IMG/VR virus record: IMGVR_UViG_3300021399_000143
Location: 1 to 64,000 of that record
DNA: 64,000 nucleotides
Strand: one strand, 5' to 3'
DNA from: a virus
Taxonomy: Duplodnaviria; Caudoviricetes
The position numbers were made by a program, and so were the translations under genes. Below the pieces are notes generated by a model that searched no databases, had not been told where the DNA came from, and saw only the letters and a list, made by a program, of their open reading frames with translations. Within the stretch, counting starts at the first letter, position 1. The number at the start of each line of letters is the position of its first letter. Positions 51,083 through 61,458 of the stretch are shown piece after piece.

Positions 51083-52183
51083 TCAATATACATAAGCAAG
51101 ACTATATGTCAATGCTCTTATTTTCTATGATCCTAAATCATACATATCGGCACGAAATACATACACATTGGTCTTCCTCGGCTCAACATACATTTGATCA
51201 GTCAATGGTACAATAGATTCAAACCAATCAAAGTCTGAGCCAACACCCACTACAGGGGAATTAACATCAAGAGATGTACTACTAGTATTTTTTAAATGGA
51301 ATTCCCATTCCACAACAGGGGCAGTTGCCTCATTCATCTATACATATTTCTCATCAATGACAAACCTTGGTGTGATTTCTCCCCCACTTTGATGATGTCT
51401 AAATACAAACTATCTCCCATTTATGGGACCACCACTTGGAAGATATGCACTATATCCATTTGTCGGAAGCTTGTTGAAATCCTGGTTTATATCTACTGTA
51501 CCACCAGACTTCATGCAAATATCCTTGAATTCATTGAGTTTGACTCCATTGAAATTAATCGTCAAATTATAATGTGGAAGCTCAACATCCAAACTTTCCT
51601 TATTGCCAGGAAGATTATATCCAAGAAGAGTTGCATCACGCAATGTATGGAATGTGAGTTTGGATTCGACTCCACCACCCTTGACAGTAAGATTGAGCAA
51701 TCTTCCGAAATTGTCGAATACATAGTTATGGGCATTGTTTCCATCCCAAGGATTGATTATTTTGTATGCAACCTGTTTGTCTCCACAATCCTTGAATGTA
51801 ACCTGCCAGGTGGCTTTTGTTGCCACTTGACTTGCTATTTTGTCAATCAACTCCAAAATTGAACGAAAATCTTCTGTTATGTTGTCTGTGTTGCCCTTGA
51901 AATAACCCTGCCAAGTAGTTATTTCATCAGTAGATGGAATAAAAGCTTGTAGGGAGGTAAGATCTGCATTTTCGGGTTGTTTAATGAGGGTAAATCTCGT
52001 CAATCCGGAACCACCTTGCCAAGCTGAGCATACTGTCTTTTGACAATGCCTATGAAAAGGAATCTCAACTTCTGTTGGTTCAGAACCTTCTCCAGACCTC
52101 ATAGAAACGTCCGTTGGCGCAGACAACTTGCGCACGACAGGATTTCCATTGTCCATATATCCATCTGTAATAGTTATAGCCAT
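51083..52183 (-). CDS. AT-rich late protein (candidate tail fibre/adhesin), 366 aa with TAG=Gln
   Basis: TAGs 51410, 51338, 51125; TGA 51083; late motif at 52213-52220. Confidence 0.7.
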
Positions 52184-52212
52184 GACTTTCCTCTATATAG
52201 TTTGTCTATTGC

Positions 52213-52243
52213 TATTTACCATTCCATCATTAAGTTGTATAAT
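52213..52243. promoter_or_regulatory. Overlapping divergent promoters: late GGTAAATA (-) and sigma70 TTTACC-17-TATAAT (+)
   Basis: The same bases form the -35 hexamer and the late motif. Confidence 0.65.
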
Positions 52244-52275
52244 ACGTTAGAACTCACAAACAAGGAGACACAACA

Positions 52276-52776
52276 ATGTCGATAAACGAAAGCAAACTAA
52301 ATGAACTTGAAGCACGAATCAACAGCTTCGGGTGCATTCTCAAGGACATTCGGGATGAACTCAAGTCCCAGAATAAAAAGATTCAGAGCCCCGTTCAGGA
52401 GAAGGAATCAAAGCTTACCTTCACCGAGAGGATGAAGATTAAGGACATTTTGGAGGATTTCAACTTCCAGAAGGTTCATGACGTGATGGAGCATCTTGAT
52501 TGGAAGTGGGTAATGACCAAGTATGGAGTGCCAACCATTGATGAACTGAAAAGCGAAGCAAAGCGTCTTCTCATTGACGCTTGCGTTGAAAAGACTTGCG
52601 TTGCCACTGGTGGATTCCGTGCCGTATATGAGGCTGGAGAAACTCCGGACGATCCAGAGCCTTACATCGGACTTGAGTTCATCATTGAGGAATGCGAGGG
52701 ATTCGTGGATGACGATGACAACGCCGATGAGGATGACGATTCAGCACCATGGGCAAATGGTGGTGCAGCAGAATAA
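52276..52776 (+). CDS. Phage conserved hypothetical protein
   Basis: FNFQKVH.VM..LDWKW...P..DEL...A..LL motif. Confidence 0.75.
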   Translation: MSINESKLNELEARINSFGCILKDIRDELKSQNKKIQSPVQEKESKLTFTERMKIKDILEDFNFQKVHDVMEHLDWKWVMTKYGVPTIDELKSEAKRLLIDACVEKTCVATGGFRAVYEAGETPDDPEPYIGLEFIIEECEGFVDDDDNADEDDDSAPWANGGAAE

Positions 52777-52872
52777 ACCGTCATTCGATTGATTCAATTT
52801 GGACACCTTTATTGGTGTCCTTTTTTGTATAATTGAAACATAGAAACAATCGACAAACGGAGAAACATAGAC

Positions 52873-53403
52873 ATGAAGAAACTCATTATCACACTGTTTG
52901 CTTCCATTGGCATTATGTTCAGTGGTTGCACACCAAGCGAAGAAACGCTCGTGATGGCTGCCCAGACCGCAGGATCAATTGGCTTGCTCACCTGGTTCAG
53001 CATTGACGATCCTGACCCGGACGTAAAGGCAACGCTCAAGGAAGTCATCACCTACGTCGATGGAGCTGCGGTGAAGGTTGAGAAGGGTGAAACATACCTT
53101 GACAGCCTTCTTCCCTACATCCAGAAGTTCGTAGGAGAGCAGGAGAAGCTCACCGACTATCAGAAGCAGCTCATCAATGCTGGTTCCGTGGTTGTGTTGA
53201 ATGGAATCGACACGTTCATGGCCGCAAATCCAAAGGTGAAGGAGAATGCTGACCTTGTCAACAAAGTGGTTGGCGCGTTCTGCAAGGGTGCGCTTTCGGT
53301 TCTCAACATGCCTGAGGATTGCGATGAGTGCAAGAGGGCGAAGGAAGTCTATCAGATGCGCAACATGAAGTGCAGAGGTGGAAAGTTCGTCCCTGCGAAG
53401 TGA
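52873..53403 (+). CDS. Lipoprotein
   Basis: MKK plus hydrophobic core plus lipobox FSG-C. Confidence 0.75.
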   Translation: MKKLIITLFASIGIMFSGCTPSEETLVMAAQTAGSIGLLTWFSIDDPDPDVKATLKEVITYVDGAAVKVEKGETYLDSLLPYIQKFVGEQEKLTDYQKQLINAGSVVVLNGIDTFMAANPKVKENADLVNKVVGAFCKGALSVLNMPEDCDECKRAKEVYQMRNMKCRGGKFVPAK

Positions 53404-53526
53404 AGAGACACATAGCCAAACAAGGCTAATGGAACGATGGGTGGCCGAAAGGTCATCCATCGTTAGCTTTTGCTTCCAACCAAAGAATGGTAAATACTCA
53501 CAACGGACAAGCAATAGGAAATTACC

Positions 53527-56442
53527 TTGGCAAATACAACCATATATGACAGTGGAGACACTTTGATCAACCGTGGATTGTCAATGCGCACAATCAACAA
53601 CGAATTGACAAATCTGTTCCAGAGATATTCCATGACCCTCAACAAGATTATGGGGGACGAGTTGATAGGGAACTCCCAAATACGCCAATTCTATACTGAC
53701 GAAGATGGGGTGTTCAAGGAATATTCCAAGGGTCAGATAGCGTTCAAGAACGACATAGACAATCTCAGATATCTACTCGACCACAAGACAACTGTATCCA
53801 ATCTCATTGGTGTTGATGTCCAAACCATAAACAATGACAAACGAGAACTTGCGAAGGTAAAGGACTATCTGAACAGATTGAAAAGTGTTTGTGAGTTGGG
53901 AAACGTCCATGACCCAATTCAACTGTACATATCCAAGCACGACAACAACATTGGCAGTCTTGACCTGAACGTTGATTGGGTTGATTACATTCTAACATAG
54001 AAATGGATAGACAAGCTCGCAACCAAGGCCAATGGAGGAGAATATTCCCCATCCGACTACAGAATCGAATATTTGTCGGACTTGATTGAAGGAATCCTCA
54101 CTGACCATATAATAGACTACCACAAGAAACTGGAGGCGTTCGACCCATCTGACTTCTTGAGCCAACCGAAGATGCCAATCAAGAATCCTGAAACAGGGAA
54201 AACCGTTGTGATTGACCTTCCATTGGAGGATGCAATGAACCAATTGAACTCATTTGGGAAGCTTGACTATGGGTTCTATGAGATATTCAAGCCAATTGGT
54301 GGTGGCAAGGGGAAGCACATCAAGGTCAAGATGTCCACGGATGGATATGTTGACATATCTGGCGTGGTTGGATTGTCGGATTGCGACCGCTGGGAATGGG
54401 AATATGGCTCGGAGGCATATCTGCGCTCCTTGAACACAGGAAACCAAAGATACTTGCTCCAACTGGACATGCCATTGAACGATGGCAGCAGCGTTCTTTG
54501 GTGGAGGCCAGACAGTCCATAGAAGTTGAATCCCCAACCAGGTGATGAAGACCAAGCAACGATTAGAAACTTCAAGGACTACGAGGTTGAACGTTTCTTG
54601 CGTTGGTATGGAAACGATCACATTCCAAGGATTGACGAGGACACCTTGGAGAAATGCACAGTATGCTCATCCCCAAACCTCACTGACGATACTGAATCAG
54701 ACAACTTCCACACTGACGCCAGAAACATAGGCGAAGCGAGATTGGACTTGACCAGAATCAACATAGACGAGTCAACGTCACAATCGTTGCTCTATCTCTA
54801 TCCAAAGGCGACAATCTCGGTAAGAACCTATTACCATGACGAAGAGAACAAGACATATAGATTCCCAAAGACAGTGGCGAAAGAGGGTGAAGTATTGGAT
54901 GACCCAAGCAAGATACACCAATACCTTGAATTCATCGTCACAGGGAACAGACAAACAAGCAACGTGGCGTTTGACGTGAAGGGATGGATTGGAACAGACA
55001 TACAAGAGAAGAACCACTACTTGCACACGTTGGGTCAAATGACAGAAGAGATGGAAAGACTCTTCAACTACATGTTGTTCTTTGAGGTAAGCGAAGTCAT
55101 CGTTCCTGGAATCACGACCATTTGGGACAACTTGAACTCCCACTTCTGGGAAAAAGCAGTTGATGCAAAGGTAAAAATCAACGAAGATTGGATTCCAAGA
55201 AACTGGATTTACTTGGAGGACAAGCTTCAAGAACTTCTCAAATCCCCAACCATAATAGACATCTTGCGATTCAGACAATTGGACTTTGACACCATAATCC
55301 TCAACAACGTTTCTCAATTGAACATCAGAAGAGATTGCTTCTTGAAGAAACTCGATGCGGACAGCGATGCATTCATTGACGAATATTGCCAAGGGGACAG
55401 AAATGACTTGAACGATATGAAAGCCCTTGTGAACAACAAAATGGTATACATAGAGGATTTGTGGAATTACATAACCAACTATAAGGACAAACCATATGAG
55501 GAGCTTTCAGAATACTATCAAGGAATAACCCAACTTACTGATGTGCAAAAGGCAAATCTCATAACTGCCCCACTCGAAAAGATGTATGGAAAGAAGTTGC
55601 CAACGTCAGAATATCAAGCAACTCGAATGAAGTTCTCTTCTGATGGAGAATGGATTACATACAACATAGACGGAACATTGGACAAGAAGACCCTTGAGAA
55701 TCTTGAATTGGTATACAAACCTAAAGAAGAGGGAGAAACAGAACAAACAAGGGACTATCTGTTGTGGATGCGAAAGCCATATGCCATTGAGATTGGAACT
55801 GATGTCACGGAAATTGGGGATTATGTGTTTGCCAAATGCACATCTTTGGTCAGTGTGACGATACCAAAATCCATTGAAAGCATTGGCAAGGAAATATTCA
55901 GGGAATGTCCCAATCTTTCAAGCATAACTTTCAGTGGCAGGAATTTCGCAAACATAAGGGATATCAAGGATGCAAATGAAGAAAAACAGTATCCTTGGGG
56001 ACTTGATTTCAATAAAGATGATGAAGATGAAGATGAAAATGACGACTATAAATACATCTTCAACAAGGGGGAGTTCTCTGATGTCAGAGTGGAAACCTTG
56101 CGTGAAAGGATAACCACTTTCAACAACCTAATCGTAAGGCTCCCTGTTGGTCCAAGACAACACAACTGCATAGCGTCCAAGCGCATATTCCAGGATTGGA
56201 AAGCGTTTGTGGATGGAGCAAAGAAACACTTGATTGAAAATCAGGAATTGTTTGAGGGAAATGATGTTTCGGAATTGGGTACAGACGGGAAGGAACACAA
56301 ATACAAGGAACTTTACATAGACGAAGCCAAGACGATCCCATTGATTGACTATTCATATATCACAAGAGACGAATAGAGTGGAATTCCAAGTGCCGATAGA
56401 TGGGATTATTGGACAGAAGAGGACTTCAAGTGGCCTCAATGA
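53527..56442 (+). CDS. 971-aa late protein with BspA-type LRR domain (TAG=Gln)
   Basis: Three track ORFs joined by TAGs 53998, 54520, 56374; IGTDVTEIGDYVFAKCTSLVSVTIPKSIESIG repeats; late motif at 53489-53496. Confidence 0.75.
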
Positions 56443-56445
56443 CCA

Positions 56446-57138
56446 TTAGACTAGTTTCTCAATGTCATTGTCCAGATTCATCCTGCATTTGGCGATGTAG
56501 CCACGAACCTTGGCAGAATTGTCGAAATCTCCATTGATAACACAAGACTTCATGATGGCAAGAAGTTGGTTGGATGAACGAACCTGGATGTGTTTCCCTT
56601 CTATTTCTAATTGGATTGACAAGCATTTCTTGGGGAAGAACGACGAAACTGAATCAATGAAGTCGTAAACCCCCAAGGATTGGATTGCATAAGCCTTGAC
56701 ATTTGGCAAATCCATCTTGGACAAGTCAATGAACACATCATCAAGGAAATCGCCAATCTCCCTATCCTGTGAGACATAGATGTTCTCTGAAACTGGAACA
56801 TACCTTCTGTTGGCGTAGTGGAACACCTTATCCTTGCGCTCTTGAGACAAATCCTTCAATCCCTCTATATATCGGAGAAACGGTTGAAGCCTGACATTGT
56901 TCACCGGCTTTGGCTCTTGGACGACCAATCCTATTCCATTGTCAGAAACCCTCGCAAGTTTCTCGACCATGAACTTGATGGTGGCTTTCCTCTCAGATTC
57001 AAGTGGAATGGATTTGAGGTACAGAACGCCAGAATCCTCAACGAACACGGACTTGTCTCCACCAACCTTTTCCGGCAGGAACTCGTTGTACCATAGGGTC
57101 ACGAGATTTCTGAAGTTGATGACATTGTATCTCGTCAT
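56446..57138 (-). CDS. Hypothetical protein
   Basis: 230 aa ORF, TAA stop. Confidence 0.7.
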   Translation of the reverse strand: MTRYNVINFRNLVTLWYNEFLPEKVGGDKSVFVEDSGVLYLKSIPLESERKATIKFMVEKLARVSDNGIGLVVQEPKPVNNVRLQPFLRYIEGLKDLSQERKDKVFHYANRRYVPVSENIYVSQDREIGDFLDDVFIDLSKMDLPNVKAYAIQSLGVYDFIDSVSSFFPKKCLSIQLEIEGKHIQVRSSNQLLAIMKSCVINGDFDNSAKVRGYIAKCRMNLDNDIEKLV

Positions 57139-57140
57139 GA

Positions 57141-57620
57141 TTAGTCCAAGTACGATTCAAGTTCTGAAAGGATCTCGATTCTGTCCTTTGGATTGCCATA
57201 GTCCTTGCTGAACCTGAACATCTTGCAACCCTTAGGGAAGTCAATTCCCTCTGTGCGGGTTCTCCTGTTGAAGTTGTCTGCATCTTCATCGTCACATTCA
57301 TCATAGCTGTCCATCTTCTTGAAGTTGGATGCCTTGTATAGATATCCACCTTCAGAGATGTAGTATTTCGCCTTGATGATTGGAATATTTCCCTTCGTCA
57401 AGTCTATCTGGTGCATATCCAAGTCCATAAGAAGTTCTGGCGTGAGATTGAAGATGTAGTCTCCCTCGGAACCACGGTTTGGCAACACCAAAAGATACGC
57501 CTCATCATCACCAAGCTGAGAGAACGCATCAATGTCAAACTCATAAACATCCATCCTTTCGCCAATGATAACGAAAGATGAAGAACTTGAATTGCTTACG
57601 TAATCTGTCCTAATCTTCAT
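57141..57620 (-). CDS. Phage conserved hypothetical protein
   Basis: MKIRTDYVSNSSSSSF N-terminus. Confidence 0.75.
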   Translation of the reverse strand: MKIRTDYVSNSSSSSFVIIGERMDVYEFDIDAFSQLGDDEAYLLVLPNRGSEGDYIFNLTPELLMDLDMHQIDLTKGNIPIIKAKYYISEGGYLYKASNFKKMDSYDECDDEDADNFNRRTRTEGIDFPKGCKMFRFSKDYGNPKDRIEILSELESYLD

Positions 57621-57679
57621 ATGGTATTGCCTTTCCTTGATATAGTATACCACTTTCAGGGATTAGGGTAAAGTCCAGA

Positions 57680-58945
57680 TCAAGCGATAATCAGAAGTCT
57701 GTCGTTGGAGCGAGTCACCGCAGTATAGAGCCACTTGCTTCTGTAATCCTCGTCCCAATATCCACAACTTTCCTCAAATAGCATCACATTTCCCCATTCA
57801 GAGCCTTGTGCCTTGTGGACAGTGAGACAGTAGCCAAAGTCAAAGGAGTCGAAATAGAGTTTCTTCTTGCCAATCTTGCGCAATACTTTCCTCTCGGCTA
57901 TGGTCAAGTTGGACTTGAGTTTCATCAACTCCCTTACAGTTATGAACTCCTTGCCATCAGACGCATACTTCATTTCCCCAAAGTGATGCTTGTTCACGAA
58001 ACCTGAGTAGCCAAATCCATCATCAACATCCACTGACATGGAATAGACACCCTCAAGCCCCTCGCCCCCATATGCGTTCGCATCGTTGATTGAAGTTATC
58101 TTTCCAAGCATTCCATTGTAGATTGGCTCAGCAAGCGCACGGTTGTTTCGCAAGCACACAACCCTGTCACCCACCCTCGGTATCTTGTCCTCTATGTCAG
58201 AGACCACGCCATAGTTGAGCCTGATGAGCTGATTGACATCCACCCTCGTATTGTTGGTTCCGCAAAGACAAACGCCATTTGAGAAGTCAGAAAGATGGTT
58301 GAGAATGAAGTCATTTACCAATGGGTCGGATTCCTTCACCTTCGCCACCTTGTCGTCAAATTGCTTGAAGGGAATCTCATCGCCATTTCTCGCCATTATG
58401 GACAAGTCAAGCAAAGCGGAGTTCTGGCCAAACCTATGAACCTCTTCAAGTCTAATCACAGGATTGGACATGAGATTGAAGTCGTCTGACGAGATTGGTG
58501 GAAGCTGACCGTGGTCTCCAACGAACAGAATTGGAATCCCATACATACGAAGGTCTTGGAACAACTCTTGATTCACCATTGAAGCCTCGTCCACTATAAT
58601 GAGGTTGTAGTCAAGATATGGAACTCGCTCAAAGACGTTCAGCTTGGTTTCTGGGTCTCTTCTGCATCTATAGCAAAGCCCGTGGATTGTTCCTATGTAG
58701 TCCCCCAATTGCGTGGCGTTTGCAGTCAAGAGCTTGTCCTTCATCACGCCAGAAGCCTTGCCTGTATATGCGCAGAACGCCACACGCCATCTCTTTGGCA
58801 GGTTCTTGCGAACCTCTGCAATGAGGGATGTCTTTCCCGTTCCGGCATATCCACCAAGAGTCAGAAAGGAAGCCCGTGTTGGAGACTTAATCCAATCCAG
58901 AATAGTTTGCTTTGCGTCAAGTTGGTCTTTGCTCAATGTTATCAT
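57680..58945 (-). CDS. dda: SF1B DNA helicase (Dda/RecD-like)
   Basis: GYAGTGKT, DEASM, VGDHGQLPP, YCLTVHKAQGSEW, LYTAVTR. Confidence 0.9.
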   Translation of the reverse strand: MITLSKDQLDAKQTILDWIKSPTRASFLTLGGYAGTGKTSLIAEVRKNLPKRWRVAFCAYTGKASGVMKDKLLTANATQLGDYIGTIHGLCYRCRRDPETKLNVFERVPYLDYNLIIVDEASMVNQELFQDLRMYGIPILFVGDHGQLPPISSDDFNLMSNPVIRLEEVHRFGQNSALLDLSIMARNGDEIPFKQFDDKVAKVKESDPLVNDFILNHLSDFSNGVCLCGTNNTRVDVNQLIRLNYGVVSDIEDKIPRVGDRVVCLRNNRALAEPIYNGMLGKITSINDANAYGGEGLEGVYSMSVDVDDGFGYSGFVNKHHFGEMKYASDGKEFITVRELMKLKSNLTIAERKVLRKIGKKKLYFDSFDFGYCLTVHKAQGSEWGNVMLFEESCGYWDEDYRSKWLYTAVTRSNDRLLIIA

Positions 58946-58953
58946 GGCAATCT

Positions 58954-58984
58954 ATTATACCATTTACGCGCCAAATGGTAAATA
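58954..58984. promoter_or_regulatory. Overlapping divergent promoters: sigma70 TTTACC-17-TATAAT (-) and late GGTAAATA (+); further TGTAAATA at 59031-59038
   Basis: Between the helicase and the 59072 gene. Confidence 0.65.
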
Positions 58985-59071
58985 CCATCAAATAAGGTTG
59001 AAACATGGAAACGGATTTCAACAAGAATTGTGTAAATAATAGTAGTCGAACAAAATTACTGAAGCAAACAC

Positions 59072-61150
59072 ATGAGACTTGAAGAACTATATGCCAAGTT
59101 TGATACGATTGTTGGTGCTGGTGGGTTCAACGTAACCCCAGTTGAGCATTTCGTGTTTGACTTGACCGACGAGAACTCCCAGAACTCGTTGAAAGCAGCA
59201 TTTCCTGGGATTGAGTCTCTGCTCATGCCTGAATCAGGAAAGTACCTCGTGGCATCCACAATCGTTGAGAAGCCAGAGATTCTTGTCCTCATGTTCCCAT
59301 CTCAAGCGGACGGAAGCTTGGGTCTTTGCGCGTTCAACACTGCAACCAAGAAGGGAAAGAGGCTTGACAACACCCTGCAAGAGGACGAAGAGCAGAAGAC
59401 CACGATAGACAATTTTGACAAAGACTTCGCAAACATGGAAGATATTGCCCGGAAGTTCAATGAATTCGCATTCATGTCCGATGGTGAGAACCCCACTGAA
59501 GTCAAAGACATTGGTTCATTTGAAGTTTCAACCGATGAACCTGTGGAAATAACAAACACAAATACAGACGACAACGAGGAAACTAAAATGGCATTCAAAC
59601 CAATTAATGAAGAGGATGAACTCAAGGAGACCAAGTGGGTTGAGATTCCAAATACCAACGCACATGGTGTCACTGTGACAGAGGATGGAGAGGAACAGGC
59701 AGATCCATTTGCCGATGGCTCTCTTGACGCAACCGCGGATCAAACAGCAGACGCTGGAAACGCTGACGCTGGAAACGCTGACGCAACAGGTGGCGAGACG
59801 CAACCAGCAGAAGGAGACGCAACAACTGCTGATGCTTCTGGTGGTGACGCAACTGCTAATGCAGGTGGTGAGCAAGCGGGTGACGCAACCGCAGACGCCA
59901 ATGCTGGTGATGCAACAGCTGAAGCCCCCGCTGAAGGAGATGGTGCGGCAACCATTGACGATCCAAAGGCAAAGATGCGCGAACTTCTCGCATATTACAC
60001 CAACTACATGAATGAATTGGTTCAGGATCCAAACACCTCCACTGAGCTTATTTCTGCAACGCAGGACATGATTGATTCTCTCATCAAGAACATGGAAAGC
60101 GCCGATGGAATTGAGGAAGTCAAGGCTGACCAAGAGGAAGCCGCGAAAGAGGAAGTGAGTGCTGAAGAAGCCCCCTCTGAAGGTGGGAATGAAGGTGGTG
60201 AATCTGCTCCTACAGAGGGAGAAGGTGAATCTGCTCCATCTGAAGGCGAACAAGTTTCTGAGGGATCTGAATGTTCCGCAGAATGTGGCTCAGATGGTGC
60301 TTCTGTTGGCTCTGACGATGGTTCTCTTGTGAAAGAGGAGGAAGACAAGAAGGACGGTGACGATGACGCAGCAAGCGATGCAAAGATTGATGCCGAAATC
60401 GACGACCTCCACAAGGATGATATTACTGACATTGAGCCAATCACAGGAGACGACATTCTCACCCCAGGTGACATTCGCAACTCCGCAGTGAATGACGTTG
60501 ATTTGAGCGACGTTCCCCCAACATCCGACGAGGAGCTTGCAGCAACAACGCCAGACGAGACGGCTCAGCCTACAAGTGACGTTCTTGACGACACCGCACT
60601 TCCTACCCCAGATGAGGAAGTTGATTTGCTCGGCACAGACGACCTTGACGAATATGCAATTGGAGCCGATGGACTTCCAGTTGACAAGTACGAAGGGGAC
60701 ATTGACACATTGACGGCCACGCCAGTATCCAAGAAAATCAATTGGTCAAGCGACTATGCGACAAATGGAATGGCTACGTCCGACGACAACTCAGTGGTTG
60801 TTCCAGAGGTTCTGAAGGAACTTGAGGACTACTACAAGAAGGTTGCCGACGAAGTGAGCAAGGTTCCTGGCAAGGAGGACGTTGCGATGAAGTTGCAGAA
60901 GATTCAGATTCTCTCTCAGACCATCGCAAACGAGTGGAACGGCATCGTTTCTCAGATCTCCGACACTTGCGCCAATTCCTACGATCTCTCCAACATGTGC
61001 GATCTTGAGAAGGACGAACTTGCCTCTCAGGACGCAATGAACATGGTTGGGGCAGACGTGATGGCTGACGATGAAGCTGCTGAAGAGGATGACCTCAAGA
61101 TCAACAACGACATCGCATCCTTCGTGGAATCCTTCAAGCACCTCTACTGA
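59072..61150 (+). CDS. Highly acidic low-complexity late protein (possible scaffold/core)
   Basis: 692 aa; Ala/Gly/Asp/Glu repeats (ADAGN repeat); late motif upstream. Confidence 0.75.
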   Translation: MRLEELYAKFDTIVGAGGFNVTPVEHFVFDLTDENSQNSLKAAFPGIESLLMPESGKYLVASTIVEKPEILVLMFPSQADGSLGLCAFNTATKKGKRLDNTLQEDEEQKTTIDNFDKDFANMEDIARKFNEFAFMSDGENPTEVKDIGSFEVSTDEPVEITNTNTDDNEETKMAFKPINEEDELKETKWVEIPNTNAHGVTVTEDGEEQADPFADGSLDATADQTADAGNADAGNADATGGETQPAEGDATTADASGGDATANAGGEQAGDATADANAGDATAEAPAEGDGAATIDDPKAKMRELLAYYTNYMNELVQDPNTSTELISATQDMIDSLIKNMESADGIEEVKADQEEAAKEEVSAEEAPSEGGNEGGESAPTEGEGESAPSEGEQVSEGSECSAECGSDGASVGSDDGSLVKEEEDKKDGDDDAASDAKIDAEIDDLHKDDITDIEPITGDDILTPGDIRNSAVNDVDLSDVPPTSDEELAATTPDETAQPTSDVLDDTALPTPDEEVDLLGTDDLDEYAIGADGLPVDKYEGDIDTLTATPVSKKINWSSDYATNGMATSDDNSVVVPEVLKELEDYYKKVADEVSKVPGKEDVAMKLQKIQILSQTIANEWNGIVSQISDTCANSYDLSNMCDLEKDELASQDAMNMVGADVMADDEAAEEDDLKINNDIASFVESFKHLY

Positions 61151-61174
61151 AACATATAAGAGGATGCATGAACG

Positions 61175-61200
61175 AAAAGCCACCCAATTGGGTGGCTTTT
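61175..61200. terminator. Bidirectional intrinsic terminator
   Basis: AAAAGCCACCC-AATT-GGGTGGCTTTT. Confidence 0.9.
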
Positions 61201-61233
61201 CTGCTTTCAACAATAATGGAGCTATGTTGAAAA

Positions 61234-61458
61234 TCACTTCTGAGGCGCAACTACCCTATACCAAAGAAGCGAATTGGTCTTGCAGTGGAAATCCACACCA
61301 ACCTTTTGGGCAATTTCCGCAGTCTTTTCGGTAAGCCTTGTGGTGGTTACGCGATCAACTCCAGCTATTACGCACACCAAGGCAAGCGCAACCGTAAGCA
61401 CGATGTTCATGCGCAAGTTGTCCTTCTTCAGTTTCTTGATTTCGTCTTCAATGTTCAT
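61234..61458 (-). CDS. Small membrane protein
   Basis: Single TM segment; GAAGGAG RBS. Confidence 0.6.
   Translation of the reverse strand: MNIEDEIKKLKKDNLRMNIVLTVALALVCVIAGVDRVTTTRLTEKTAEIAQKVGVDFHCKTNSLLWYRVVAPQK

Noticed and set aside
1690-56442. TAG-split genes as pseudogenes or sequencing errors
   Set aside because: All traced interruptions are in-frame TAG, with no frameshifts or internal TAA/TGA, and they occur in essential virion genes; decay or errors would not be codon-specific
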